Source: Thermoplasmatota archaeon
GTDB lineage: Archaea > Thermoplasmatota > Poseidoniia > Poseidoniales > Thalassarchaeaceae
Direction: 5' to 3'
Length of the DNA stretch: 30,403 bases
Assembly (NCBI GenBank): GCA_036153975.1
Contig: JAYZLU010000028.1
Span: 1-30,403, forward strand
The translations under genes were made by a program, and so were the position numbers. This document shows positions 23,562-30,403 of the stretch, piece after piece (positions within the stretch are counted from its first letter, which is position 1; each line of letters opens with the position of its first letter). The notes beneath the pieces are model-generated. The model had not been told where the DNA came from and made no database searches. It saw only the letters and a program-made list of their open reading frames with translations.

Positions 23562-24698
23562 TCATCTCACAGCTAGGCCGTGGAAGCGCCCTGCAGAAGC
23601 GGTGCGGTGTAGGAACTGCTCGAATTGGATGCGTGGGTACATCGAGCGCTGAAGGCCGGTATCGCAGTCTGAAAGAGCGTCGAGCAACTCGGCTCGCAGG
23701 GAAGGGGGGAGGGTCAGTCGCCGCCCTACGATGACGTTGTGAATCTGGGATACGATATCGGTGGCATCCATGCCGTGGTTCGTCATCAGGTCATCAATCT
23801 CTGCCATCGCCCCGGAGAGCACCTTCCGCTTTCTGCCTCCTTGGTTCTCCCATCGCCACTCGACCACCCTGCCTCTCAGAGCAAGCTCGAGCAGATGCCT
23901 CCCGGCCTGCAGGGTTGAGGCCTGAACGAGCCTGTGGACCGACGAGCGATCTGAGATCAATCCACGCAACTCGAGTAGCTCGAGCGTAAAGATTGCCTTC
24001 TTGAGATTACCCTCAGAGATGTAGGCGATGTCCTCCAGCACTCCCTCGGCAGGCTCGCAGCCGTGCTTCGTGGCAATCAAGGCAAGGGTTGCTATGGCCA
24101 TCTCTCGGCCAGTGGAGGGGATTCTGATCATCTGGCTCCTCGATCTGAGTGCCTCGATGATTCTGGAGGGCGCCCTAGCGACTAGTATGAAGCGTGAGGC
24201 GGAGCCGATGGTCTCCATCATCCGTCGTAGGTAGGCCTGACGGATGTGGCCTAGGTAATCGGCGTCCTCGATGACGATGAGCCTGCTAATGGGAATCTGC
24301 CCGGGCTGCAGGTTGAGCTCGGAACCGGATGGTGCGATGTCATCTCCGGAGGGTTTAGCCATTCCCCTGTCGAAGGCGTCTAGACTGAGTCGGCCTGCGA
24401 GCGTATCCGCATCTGAGCCGCTAGGCCTCAGAAATTCCTCGAAGGTGGACATCGCGCCCCTCTGCCTGACGAGGTTCCTCGCCTGTAGTACGTGGGTGGT
24501 TGACCTCCAACTAGGACCCAAGATCTGTCTGGCTACCAGACGCCAAGAAGTCGTCTTGCCCACCCCTGCGGGCCCAGTGACGAGCAGATGGGGCGGATCT
24601 GGTGAAAGGCTGGATGAACTCAGAGCCTGCCGTGTTGCCCGAGGAACGGCCAGTTCCTCGAACCTCACAGGAGCTTCCGTTTCCAGCCAACTCGCCAC
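23562..24698 (-). CDS. Replication factor C small-subunit-like clamp-loader AAA+ protein (divergent paralog)
   Basis: W.E..AP..F.E start, Walker A GPAGVGKT, Walker B-like IVIEDAD, Q..LRR.ME, II.ALRSRS, SEGNLKKAI. GTG start. Confidence 0.85.
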   Translation of the reverse strand: MASWLETEAPVRFEELAVPRATRQALSSSSLSPDPPHLLVTGPAGVGKTTSWRLVARQILGPSWRSTTHVLQARNLVRQRGAMSTFEEFLRPSGSDADTLAGRLSLDAFDRGMAKPSGDDIAPSGSELNLQPGQIPISRLIVIEDADYLGHIRQAYLRRMMETIGSASRFILVARAPSRIIEALRSRSQMIRIPSTGREMAIATLALIATKHGCEPAEGVLEDIAYISEGNLKKAIFTLELLELRGLISDRSSVHRLVQASTLQAGRHLLELALRGRVVEWRWENQGGRKRKVLSGAMAEIDDLMTNHGMDATDIVSQIHNVIVGRRLTLPPSLRAELLDALSDCDTGLQRSMYPRIQFEQFLHRTASAGRFHGLAVR

Positions 24699-24738
24699 GA
24701 GGGTGGGGCGAAGTGGCGGACCTTGAACTCCGCGATGG

Positions 24739-25002
24739 TCACTCTGCCTTCAGAATCTTGGCCATTCCATCCTTGCGGGGCTTGACAAAGATGCGGTAGC
24801 CGCACTTGTGACACGACCTGCCTGTAGAGCCGGCCTCAGTCCAAGTAAGGTTGCCGCAATTCACGCACTTGTATCGAATCTCAAGGGGGTCCATGGGTGA
24901 GTTGCAATGGCTGCACTGCTCCTCGCCAGAGGGGTTGTAGTCTCTCCTGTCAGTGCGATTGCAGTTCCTGCACTTGTGAAGAATCGTCCGTTCGTCTACC
25001 AT
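24739..25002 (-). CDS. rpoP: RNA polymerase subunit P (Rpo12) with an extra N-terminal zinc ribbon
   Basis: C-terminal half YKCVNCG...CHKCGYRIFVKPR...KILKA matches RpoP. Start ATG 25002 preferred over TTG 25038. Confidence 0.78.
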   Translation of the reverse strand: MVDERTILHKCRNCNRTDRRDYNPSGEEQCSHCNSPMDPLEIRYKCVNCGNLTWTEAGSTGRSCHKCGYRIFVKPRKDGMAKILKAE

Positions 25003-25051
25003 TCCTATCGGCTCGGCGAATTGCCGGGCCTTCTTCAACCTGTCCTATCTG

Positions 25052-25645
25052 TCATGCGGTCTTGCGGGCGCGTTTGCAAATCTCCACGAAGTTCTCGAAG
25101 ATTCTCGCGCCGAACTCCGTGTCGTTGACCTCTGGGTGGAATTGGAGCCCAAAGCGATCTAGTGCTTCGTTCTCCATGCCCTGAATCTCGCAGGAGTCAC
25201 TGTGGGCGACGACCTTGAACCCAGGTGGCAATCCCGTTACCTCATCGTTGTGGCTCTCCCACACGGTCTGCTCGGGAGGAGTGCCTTCAAACAGGGGTCC
25301 GCCTCCCTCGACGAGGCTGATGGAGGCAGCTCCGAACTCGGGTCTGGGGGCCTCTCCGGCATCACCACCGTAGAAGCGTGCCATGAACTGGTGTCCTGCG
25401 CAAATGCCCAATATGGGGATGTCAAGGTCGAGGTACTCTCCGCAGTTGCCGAGCTCCCCAGTGAGTCCGACCCTAGCGGCGCCACCCGAGAGAACCAGCC
25501 CGTCAAGATCTCTGAGATTATCGGCTGGTGTTGAGTTCGGCAGAATCTGAGTTTCGACTCCGAGGTACCTCAGCATCCTCCACTCGCGGTGGGTCCACTG
25601 CCCCCCATTATCGATGACATCGATGACGATGTTGCCATCTGCCAT
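25052..25645 (-). CDS. guaAA: GMP synthase glutamine amidotransferase subunit (stand-alone, archaeal split type)
   Basis: IDNGGQWTH, LVLSGG, PILGICAGHQ (catalytic Cys), VWESHNDEV, GLQFHPEV (His-Glu). Confidence 0.94.
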   Translation of the reverse strand: MADGNIVIDVIDNGGQWTHREWRMLRYLGVETQILPNSTPADNLRDLDGLVLSGGAARVGLTGELGNCGEYLDLDIPILGICAGHQFMARFYGGDAGEAPRPEFGAASISLVEGGGPLFEGTPPEQTVWESHNDEVTGLPPGFKVVAHSDSCEIQGMENEALDRFGLQFHPEVNDTEFGARIFENFVEICKRARKTA

Positions 25646-25724
25646 GGCAAAGCGGAGAGTGGCAGGGCGATGAATGATACCCCCTCAAAGATTGAAAAAG
25701 AGAAGCAATCTCGGTGGAGAGCCA

Positions 25725-25800
25725 GCCCCGATGGTGTAGTGGCCTATCATGCAGCCCTGTCGAGGCTGCGACCCGGGTTCAAATCCCGGTCGGGGCGCCA
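25725..25800 (+). tRNA. tRNA-Asp(GTC), CCA encoded, no intron
   Basis: Acceptor GCCCCGA/TCGGGGC, anticodon arm CAGCC-CTGTCGA-GGCTG, T arm CCGGG-TTCAAAT-CCCGG, 3' GCCA. Confidence 0.96.
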
Positions 25801-25813
25801 TTGCAGAAGCCGC

Positions 25814-26995
25814 CTAAGCGGGCGCGAGCCACGCCTCGAAGGAGCACAGGCGGAGGGTAGAACTGTAGTCGCGCTTGATTCGCAGCATGGGTTCGGAGGT
25901 TCCATCGAGGAGTGGTGGCAGGGCGTCCCGAATCGCCTCGTTGGTCGCTTCTATTTCGCTCTCAGAGACTATGACGCGGCCGCGGACCATAGAGGGAGAG
26001 GTTAGGTCCAAGAGGGGGAGGAGCGAGGGTAGCATCTCTATCGTGCGATGTGGGAGGTTCACGATCAGCAGGTCCCACTTGCCTGCAATAGAAGGACTAT
26101 CGCAGAGAGTCGTGGCATCGGCACATCCGACTATCCTGTCCTCGTAAACACGGGTCAGAGGGAGCGGCTCGCTGGGGTAAGGGCGGCGATCCCACCGACG
26201 CAGGTTGTCGAGTAGCATCTCGACGGCGTGGGGGTTGAGGTCGGCTGCGAGGACGTCGCTAGAGAGTCCCGGCTCGGTAAGCAGCGTGGCTAGGGCCGGT
26301 CCAACCCCGCAGAACGGATCGCATACGCGCAGAGGGCGCTCGAGCGTCTGGCGCAACTGCTTGGCGAGGACGAGAGACTCGAGTCTCTCGGACTGGAGCT
26401 TGGTGGAGAAGTAGGCACGAGTGGGGTCACACACGATGCTGCGCCCGGACTCCCTGACGAACACGCGCGTTACGCAGAGCTCTGTGGGAATTGTCCCGAC
26501 GAGTAGCTCATCGCCGCGTCGCGCACCTATCGGGCTGAGATCTCTGATTCGAAACTCTCCTTGGACGCCGTCGTCGGAGAGCACCAAGCGGATGTGTGGG
26601 TGGGAACGAAGCTTGGCCTCGGCTATGGCAGCCGAGTGCTCAGCGACTTCGTCGTCTATTCGCACCACCATCATGTCGCCGATGAATTCGTGCGAAGAGG
26701 GCCATGAATCTCGATGGCGCTCTACTTCTTGCTCGCCAACAGACTGCGCTAGGTGCGCCCACCAATCTGAGTCGACTCGTTCGTCGGCAGCCCCTTCGTG
26801 CTCGGTGACATCGAAGTCGTCGAGGGGGCTTGGCAATTCAATCGGTGCACCGGCATCGAGAGGAACCAGCCTGTGCTCGCCATCCTCTGAAGGGAAGATT
26901 CGCATACCCGAGGCGAGCCAGTCGTGGCTACGCAGGTGGCCGAGAGCCACCTCGACCTGACGGTTCGGAATTCTGAGGTGTCGCATCACGTTCAT
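25814..26995 (-). CDS. trm5: Trm5-family (Met-10+-like) tRNA m1G37 methyltransferase
   Basis: HEFIGDM, YFSTKLQSER, SAM motif DPFCGVGP, DLNP.A..ML..N, IVNLPH (NLP typical of Trm5). Start ATG 26995 or 26986; the longer ORF start overlaps dph5. Trm5a/b/c subtype is not resolvable by eye. Confidence 0.75.
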   Translation of the reverse strand: MNVMRHLRIPNRQVEVALGHLRSHDWLASGMRIFPSEDGEHRLVPLDAGAPIELPSPLDDFDVTEHEGAADERVDSDWWAHLAQSVGEQEVERHRDSWPSSHEFIGDMMVVRIDDEVAEHSAAIAEAKLRSHPHIRLVLSDDGVQGEFRIRDLSPIGARRGDELLVGTIPTELCVTRVFVRESGRSIVCDPTRAYFSTKLQSERLESLVLAKQLRQTLERPLRVCDPFCGVGPALATLLTEPGLSSDVLAADLNPHAVEMLLDNLRRWDRRPYPSEPLPLTRVYEDRIVGCADATTLCDSPSIAGKWDLLIVNLPHRTIEMLPSLLPLLDLTSPSMVRGRVIVSESEIEATNEAIRDALPPLLDGTSEPMLRIKRDYSSTLRLCSFEAWLAPA

Positions 26996-27023
26996 GGGTG
27001 GGGGCAGGCCAGAGCGCTTCACC

Positions 27024-27845
27024 ATGACGGCAGACGCTCCGGCCCCCGGTCTGTGGCTGATTGGGCTGGGGCCGGGCGATCTAGAACACATGACCTCGCG
27101 AGCCAAGAGCGTGGCGAGGGGGTGCAAGAAGCGCTACCTCGAAGGTTACACGGCGGTTCTGCCAGCCGAGCAGGAGCCGCTTCTCGAGGGGGTGATCGGG
27201 CCTTGGGAGCGACTGATGCGTCCGTCCGTTGAGAAGCCAGAGAAGCTGCTGGAGGAAGCTGGAGAGGAGCCGATCGCCCTGCTCGTGGTTGGTGACCCCA
27301 TGCAAGCCACCACGCACATTGACCTCGAGGCGAGGTGCGTCGAGCAAGGCGTCGGCTTCGAGATTGTGCCAGGGATGTCCGCGACCTCGCTGGCGGTCTC
27401 GCTCTCAGGGCTGCAGTCCTACCGCTTCGGGCGTCAGGTCACACTGCCCTTCGCCTATGGCGATTACCTAGCGACGTCTCCTCTCGAGATGATTGACGCA
27501 AACTACGTCGGCGGACTCCACTCCCTCGTGCTGCTGGATCTCGACCCCACAGGGATGGGTTTCGACCCGCCCAAGCCCATGCAGCCGGCGGAGGCGGTTG
27601 CGATGCTTGAGCGAATGGTCGCCCGTTTGGTCGAGGAGCAAGGCGAGAGGGAAAGCCTCGAGGCCCCGGTACGTGATTGGGACGGAATCCTGCTCAGCGA
27701 CATCGGAACCGAGCGGCAGCGTGTGATTGCTGGCCACCTGAGTGATCTGTCCGAGGTCGAAGGAGGGTGGATTCACACCTTTATCCTGCCAGCGAAGATG
27801 AGCGGCAACGAGCGCGAGGCGTTCGAACGCCGAAGCGTCGGCTAG
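27024..27845 (+). CDS. dph5: Diphthine synthase
   Basis: LIGLG.G, YLEGYT, LLVVGDPM.ATTH.DL, SGLQSYRFGRQVTLPF, N..GLHSL.LLD. Start ATG 27024. Confidence 0.93.
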   Translation: MTADAPAPGLWLIGLGPGDLEHMTSRAKSVARGCKKRYLEGYTAVLPAEQEPLLEGVIGPWERLMRPSVEKPEKLLEEAGEEPIALLVVGDPMQATTHIDLEARCVEQGVGFEIVPGMSATSLAVSLSGLQSYRFGRQVTLPFAYGDYLATSPLEMIDANYVGGLHSLVLLDLDPTGMGFDPPKPMQPAEAVAMLERMVARLVEEQGERESLEAPVRDWDGILLSDIGTERQRVIAGHLSDLSEVEGGWIHTFILPAKMSGNEREAFERRSVG

Positions 27846-27895
27846 GTCCATGCGACGCCCTCAAGTCAGGGCGGCCCATCGCCGGGGCGTTCTAC

Positions 27896-29605
27896 ATGGC
27901 TAAACCACCCGCTGAGGTCCGCTTCCCAGGCGACAGGAATCGCAGGAAGAGAATTCGTGTAAGAGGGATCAAAAAGGCCTCTAAGGAAATCCAAAAGAGG
28001 CTTGAGAATAACCTTGAGGCGTTAGTGGAAGACCCAGAAGTTTTCATTCCAGAAATTACAGGAGAGTTAGGAAAGATTGCACTGTTCGGACCAAAGGATC
28101 GAATGGCACTTACTCTTAAAGAAATTAGCGTGGTTGCTTCAAAAAGATACGATACCAAGTGGCTAAAGAGGAGGATGGCAAAGAAAGGCGGTGATAAGGT
28201 CTGCAAGGCACTTGCTGGTTGCCTCTTCGCAGCCTCTGAGGGAGCCTTGTCTACTGTTTCAGTATTCAAGCATCCACTATATGGAAACGCCAGCTACCTA
28301 AAACGAGGCGATGGCACGAGTAGCCATCAGGTCGGAATCCAGAACTTCACCCACACGAGGCTGAGGCTGCTGGTATGGGACGATCATGCCAAGGCTGGCC
28401 AGTACTTCTTCTCCTGGGACGGCGGCTTCGTTTGCACTGGCACCGATCCCACCGCCCCCGACGAGTGGATAGATTGGGCACTCGACAACGCCTCAACCAA
28501 CCTCTCAGGGAAGGATGCGCGGTGGTCAGTTGGGCTCGACGAGGACACCGTTCGCGATGGTCGAATGACTGAGCAGGACTGGCTCAGACTGAGTTTCGGC
28601 GACGGCGTCACCGTGGGGCTCTCCCAGGGGGCGCTGGCCAAGACCGAAGAACCGATGGCCCAGAGCATCGCGATAGCGATGATGCCCCCCAACAGGCTCG
28701 GCGACATCTGTGAGGCCTCGTGGATGTGGAGGCCCGAGGGATGGCCCGAGGACCGTTCGCTGCCCGAGGAGGGACAAGAGCGCCTCGAGGAGACGCTGCA
28801 GGCATGGCTCAAGATGTCACTGGAAGATGACTCACTGGCACGAAACTGCAGGGCCAGCATACTCAGCTCGATCACCGACGGATACGTGGTCGGCAGCAGC
28901 TGGTTCGCAGATGACGACCAGGACGGCTTCCTCGGGCACATGAGCGGGACGGATGAGGAGAGGCGTGCCATCGCGTGCGTTCTGGACTTGCTCGAAGGCG
29001 GTATTCACGTTAGGTCAGATGGAGTCGTGCTGAATCTCGACGAGCGGGTGGTGCGCCTCGAGGACGCATCTTGCCACCCCGCGCTCGTTGCGCTGTGGCC
29101 GGAGCACGGGATGGCCGTTCTAGAGGAGCTTTTCGGACTCTCCTACGAGGAGGCAAGGAAGGTGCACAACCGACAGGTCAAGCGCAAGCAGGGCTTCGGA
29201 GCCTTCCTGCGAGAACTCAACGATTCGCTCGACACCGCCCAGCGCCTAGACCGGCTGCCTTGGAAGGGCGCGTCGCTGCCCTCCCCACTGGAGTTCGCCG
29301 ACCAGTTGGTTCGCAGGGCTGCTGACGACGGCATTGCGGCCACGGTGTCAATGGCGAGGAAGGGCAGGGGGATCGAAGCGGCGATGGGATGGGCGTGGCT
29401 GGTGGTCCACGAGCGTACGGAATCCGACTCCTGGAGGTTCGACGAGGACAGTCGCGACAAAGGCAGTGACTGGGTGCCGGCACTGCAGGCGCTGTGGGAC
29501 GCAGCGGAGGCGCTTCTGCTCAAAGACGATCTTGAGGCGACGCTGGACTACAGGACGGCGATGGTCTGGCTGGCCGAAGTCAGCGGCTCGGGGCCCCTTC
29601 CCTAG
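27896..29605 (+). CDS. Hypothetical protein, about 569 aa, basic N-terminus
   Basis: Long uninterrupted ORF. ATG 27896 chosen because the earlier start overlaps dph5. No family recognised. Confidence 0.8.
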   Translation: MAKPPAEVRFPGDRNRRKRIRVRGIKKASKEIQKRLENNLEALVEDPEVFIPEITGELGKIALFGPKDRMALTLKEISVVASKRYDTKWLKRRMAKKGGDKVCKALAGCLFAASEGALSTVSVFKHPLYGNASYLKRGDGTSSHQVGIQNFTHTRLRLLVWDDHAKAGQYFFSWDGGFVCTGTDPTAPDEWIDWALDNASTNLSGKDARWSVGLDEDTVRDGRMTEQDWLRLSFGDGVTVGLSQGALAKTEEPMAQSIAIAMMPPNRLGDICEASWMWRPEGWPEDRSLPEEGQERLEETLQAWLKMSLEDDSLARNCRASILSSITDGYVVGSSWFADDDQDGFLGHMSGTDEERRAIACVLDLLEGGIHVRSDGVVLNLDERVVRLEDASCHPALVALWPEHGMAVLEELFGLSYEEARKVHNRQVKRKQGFGAFLRELNDSLDTAQRLDRLPWKGASLPSPLEFADQLVRRAADDGIAATVSMARKGRGIEAAMGWAWLVVHERTESDSWRFDEDSRDKGSDWVPALQALWDAAEALLLKDDLEATLDYRTAMVWLAEVSGSGPLP

Positions 29606-29620
29606 AATGGGGGCCATTAG

Positions 29621-29698
29621 TGGTGGGCCCGCCCAGATTTGAACTGGGGTCTAACGCCCCCGAAGCGCCAAGTATAGGCCAAGCTAACCCACGGGCCC
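29621..29698 (-). tRNA. tRNA-Pro(CGG), CCA encoded, no intron
   Basis: Reverse complement GGGCCCG...GGCGC-TTCGGGG-GCGTT...CCCAG-TTCAAAT-CTGGG-CGGGCCC-ACCA. Confidence 0.95.
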
Positions 29699-29770
29699 TA
29701 GGGTCACCGGGAACGGAATTTGGCCATAAGGTGAATGCCTATATCGCAACGGACTCCGGTCCGGTGCCAA

Positions 29771-29847
29771 GGGCGTGTAGATCAGCTTGGAAGATCGCCT
29801 CGTTCGCAACGAGGAGGCCACGGGTTCAAATCCCGTCACGTCCACCA
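29771..29847 (+). tRNA. tRNA-Ala(CGC), CCA encoded, no intron
   Basis: Acceptor GGGCGTG/CACGTCC with the Ala identity G3-U70 pair, anticodon arm CCTCG-TTCGCAA-CGAGG, T-loop TTCAAAT, 3' ACCA. Confidence 0.96.
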
Positions 29848-29876
29848 GAAGCAGAAATCAGTGGGTAGACTCTGAG

Positions 29877-30403
29877 TCAATCAGGGGCCTCATTGAAGGT
29901 CTCTATGCGCTCTACCTCCTCGACTCTGCCAGTCTGCAAGTCAATGGCCGAGAGCCTCGGTCGCTGCGACCTCTCTAGCACGACCCCGGTGTCGATGATG
30001 AGGACTGCGGGGCGTCCGTCCGCCGTTGTAACCTCGCTCGCCCAGATGCCGTCTGCGGGGGGTTCTACGCCGAACGTGCCCAGTTTCTGAACGGGGGTGT
30101 GGCCGGCGATGATTTGGCGCTGATCGTCGAGCGGTCGCTCGGCGAGGAATACTGTGCGGGACTTGAGCCGGTCCTCGTCGGTCTGGTCCTCCAGCGGGAG
30201 GTGGGTCTGGTAGCCCGCATGCACGATACGGAAGCGGTCGAGAGTCACCTCAGTGGGCAGGGCATCTGTGAACTCAAGCCACTCGATGGCGCGCTGGCGC
30301 TGCTGCTCGGCATTGCCGGGAAACGAGTTTAGCGTCTGGCCCCCTCCGATCCTGTTCTGCCAGAAGAACGCCAAGCGGGTCGAGGAGCCCCGCAGGGCGT
30401 CTG
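29877..30403 (-). CDS. Calcineurin-like metallophosphoesterase (bacterial PrpA/ApaH-like Ser/Thr phosphatase type), C-terminal part; runs off the right edge
   Basis: GG.QTL.SF, VHAG, IIAGHTP, IDTG...LSAIDL motifs. The frame stays open from 30374 to the window end (DALRGSSTR). Confidence 0.85.
   Translation of the reverse strand, partial: DALRGSSTRLAFFWQNRIGGGQTLNSFPGNAEQQRQRAIEWLEFTDALPTEVTLDRFRIVHAGYQTHLPLEDQTDEDRLKSRTVFLAERPLDDQRQIIAGHTPVQKLGTFGVEPPADGIWASEVTTADGRPAVLIIDTGVVLERSQRPRLSAIDLQTGRVEEVERIETFNEAPD

Noticed and set aside
29592-29763. Hairpins flanking the tRNA-Pro/tRNA-Ala pair (GGCCCC/GGGGCC 29592-29615; CGGAC/GTCCG 29750-29763)
   Set aside because: Short GC stems with no supporting context; function cannot be assigned.
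1-30403. CRISPR arrays, IS elements, integrases, rRNA, tRNA introns, defence systems
   Set aside because: No regularly spaced repeats, terminal inverted repeats, transposase or recombinase motifs, rRNA-like stretches or BHB introns were found by inspection.

Overview
Archaeal chromosomal DNA, GC-rich and very compact. It is archaeal by TFB, topoisomerase VI A/B, RpoP, Dph5, Trm5, an RFC-small paralog and archaeal-style tRNAs. Gene content (bacterial-type PlsC, Icd and long NrdJ, plus a very large surface protein) suggests Marine Group II / Ca. Poseidoniales; this is an inference. The window holds about 22 CDS (Icd and a metallophosphoesterase cut by the edges) and 4 intronless, CCA-encoding tRNAs: Arg-CCT, Asp-GTC, Pro-CGG, Ala-CGC. 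No CRISPR array, transposase, integrase, rRNA or intein was seen. Best candidates for novelty: (1) a 1718-aa type-I membrane protein whose domain order parallels an I-domain integrin alpha chain (signal peptide, 7 propeller-like repeats with a MIDAS vWA domain inserted, stacked Ig-like/CARDB domains, one TM helix, short tail); (2) a stand-alone SdhA-like flavoprotein lacking most dicarboxylate active-site residues; (3) an RpoP with a second zinc ribbon; (4) a bacterial-type acyltransferase in an archaeon; (5) an in-frame AT-rich patch (about 42% GC) inside a GC-rich gene; (6) palindromic or structured leaders upstream of the ArsR gene, nrdJ and top6B. All family calls come from motif recognition by eye; no searches were run.
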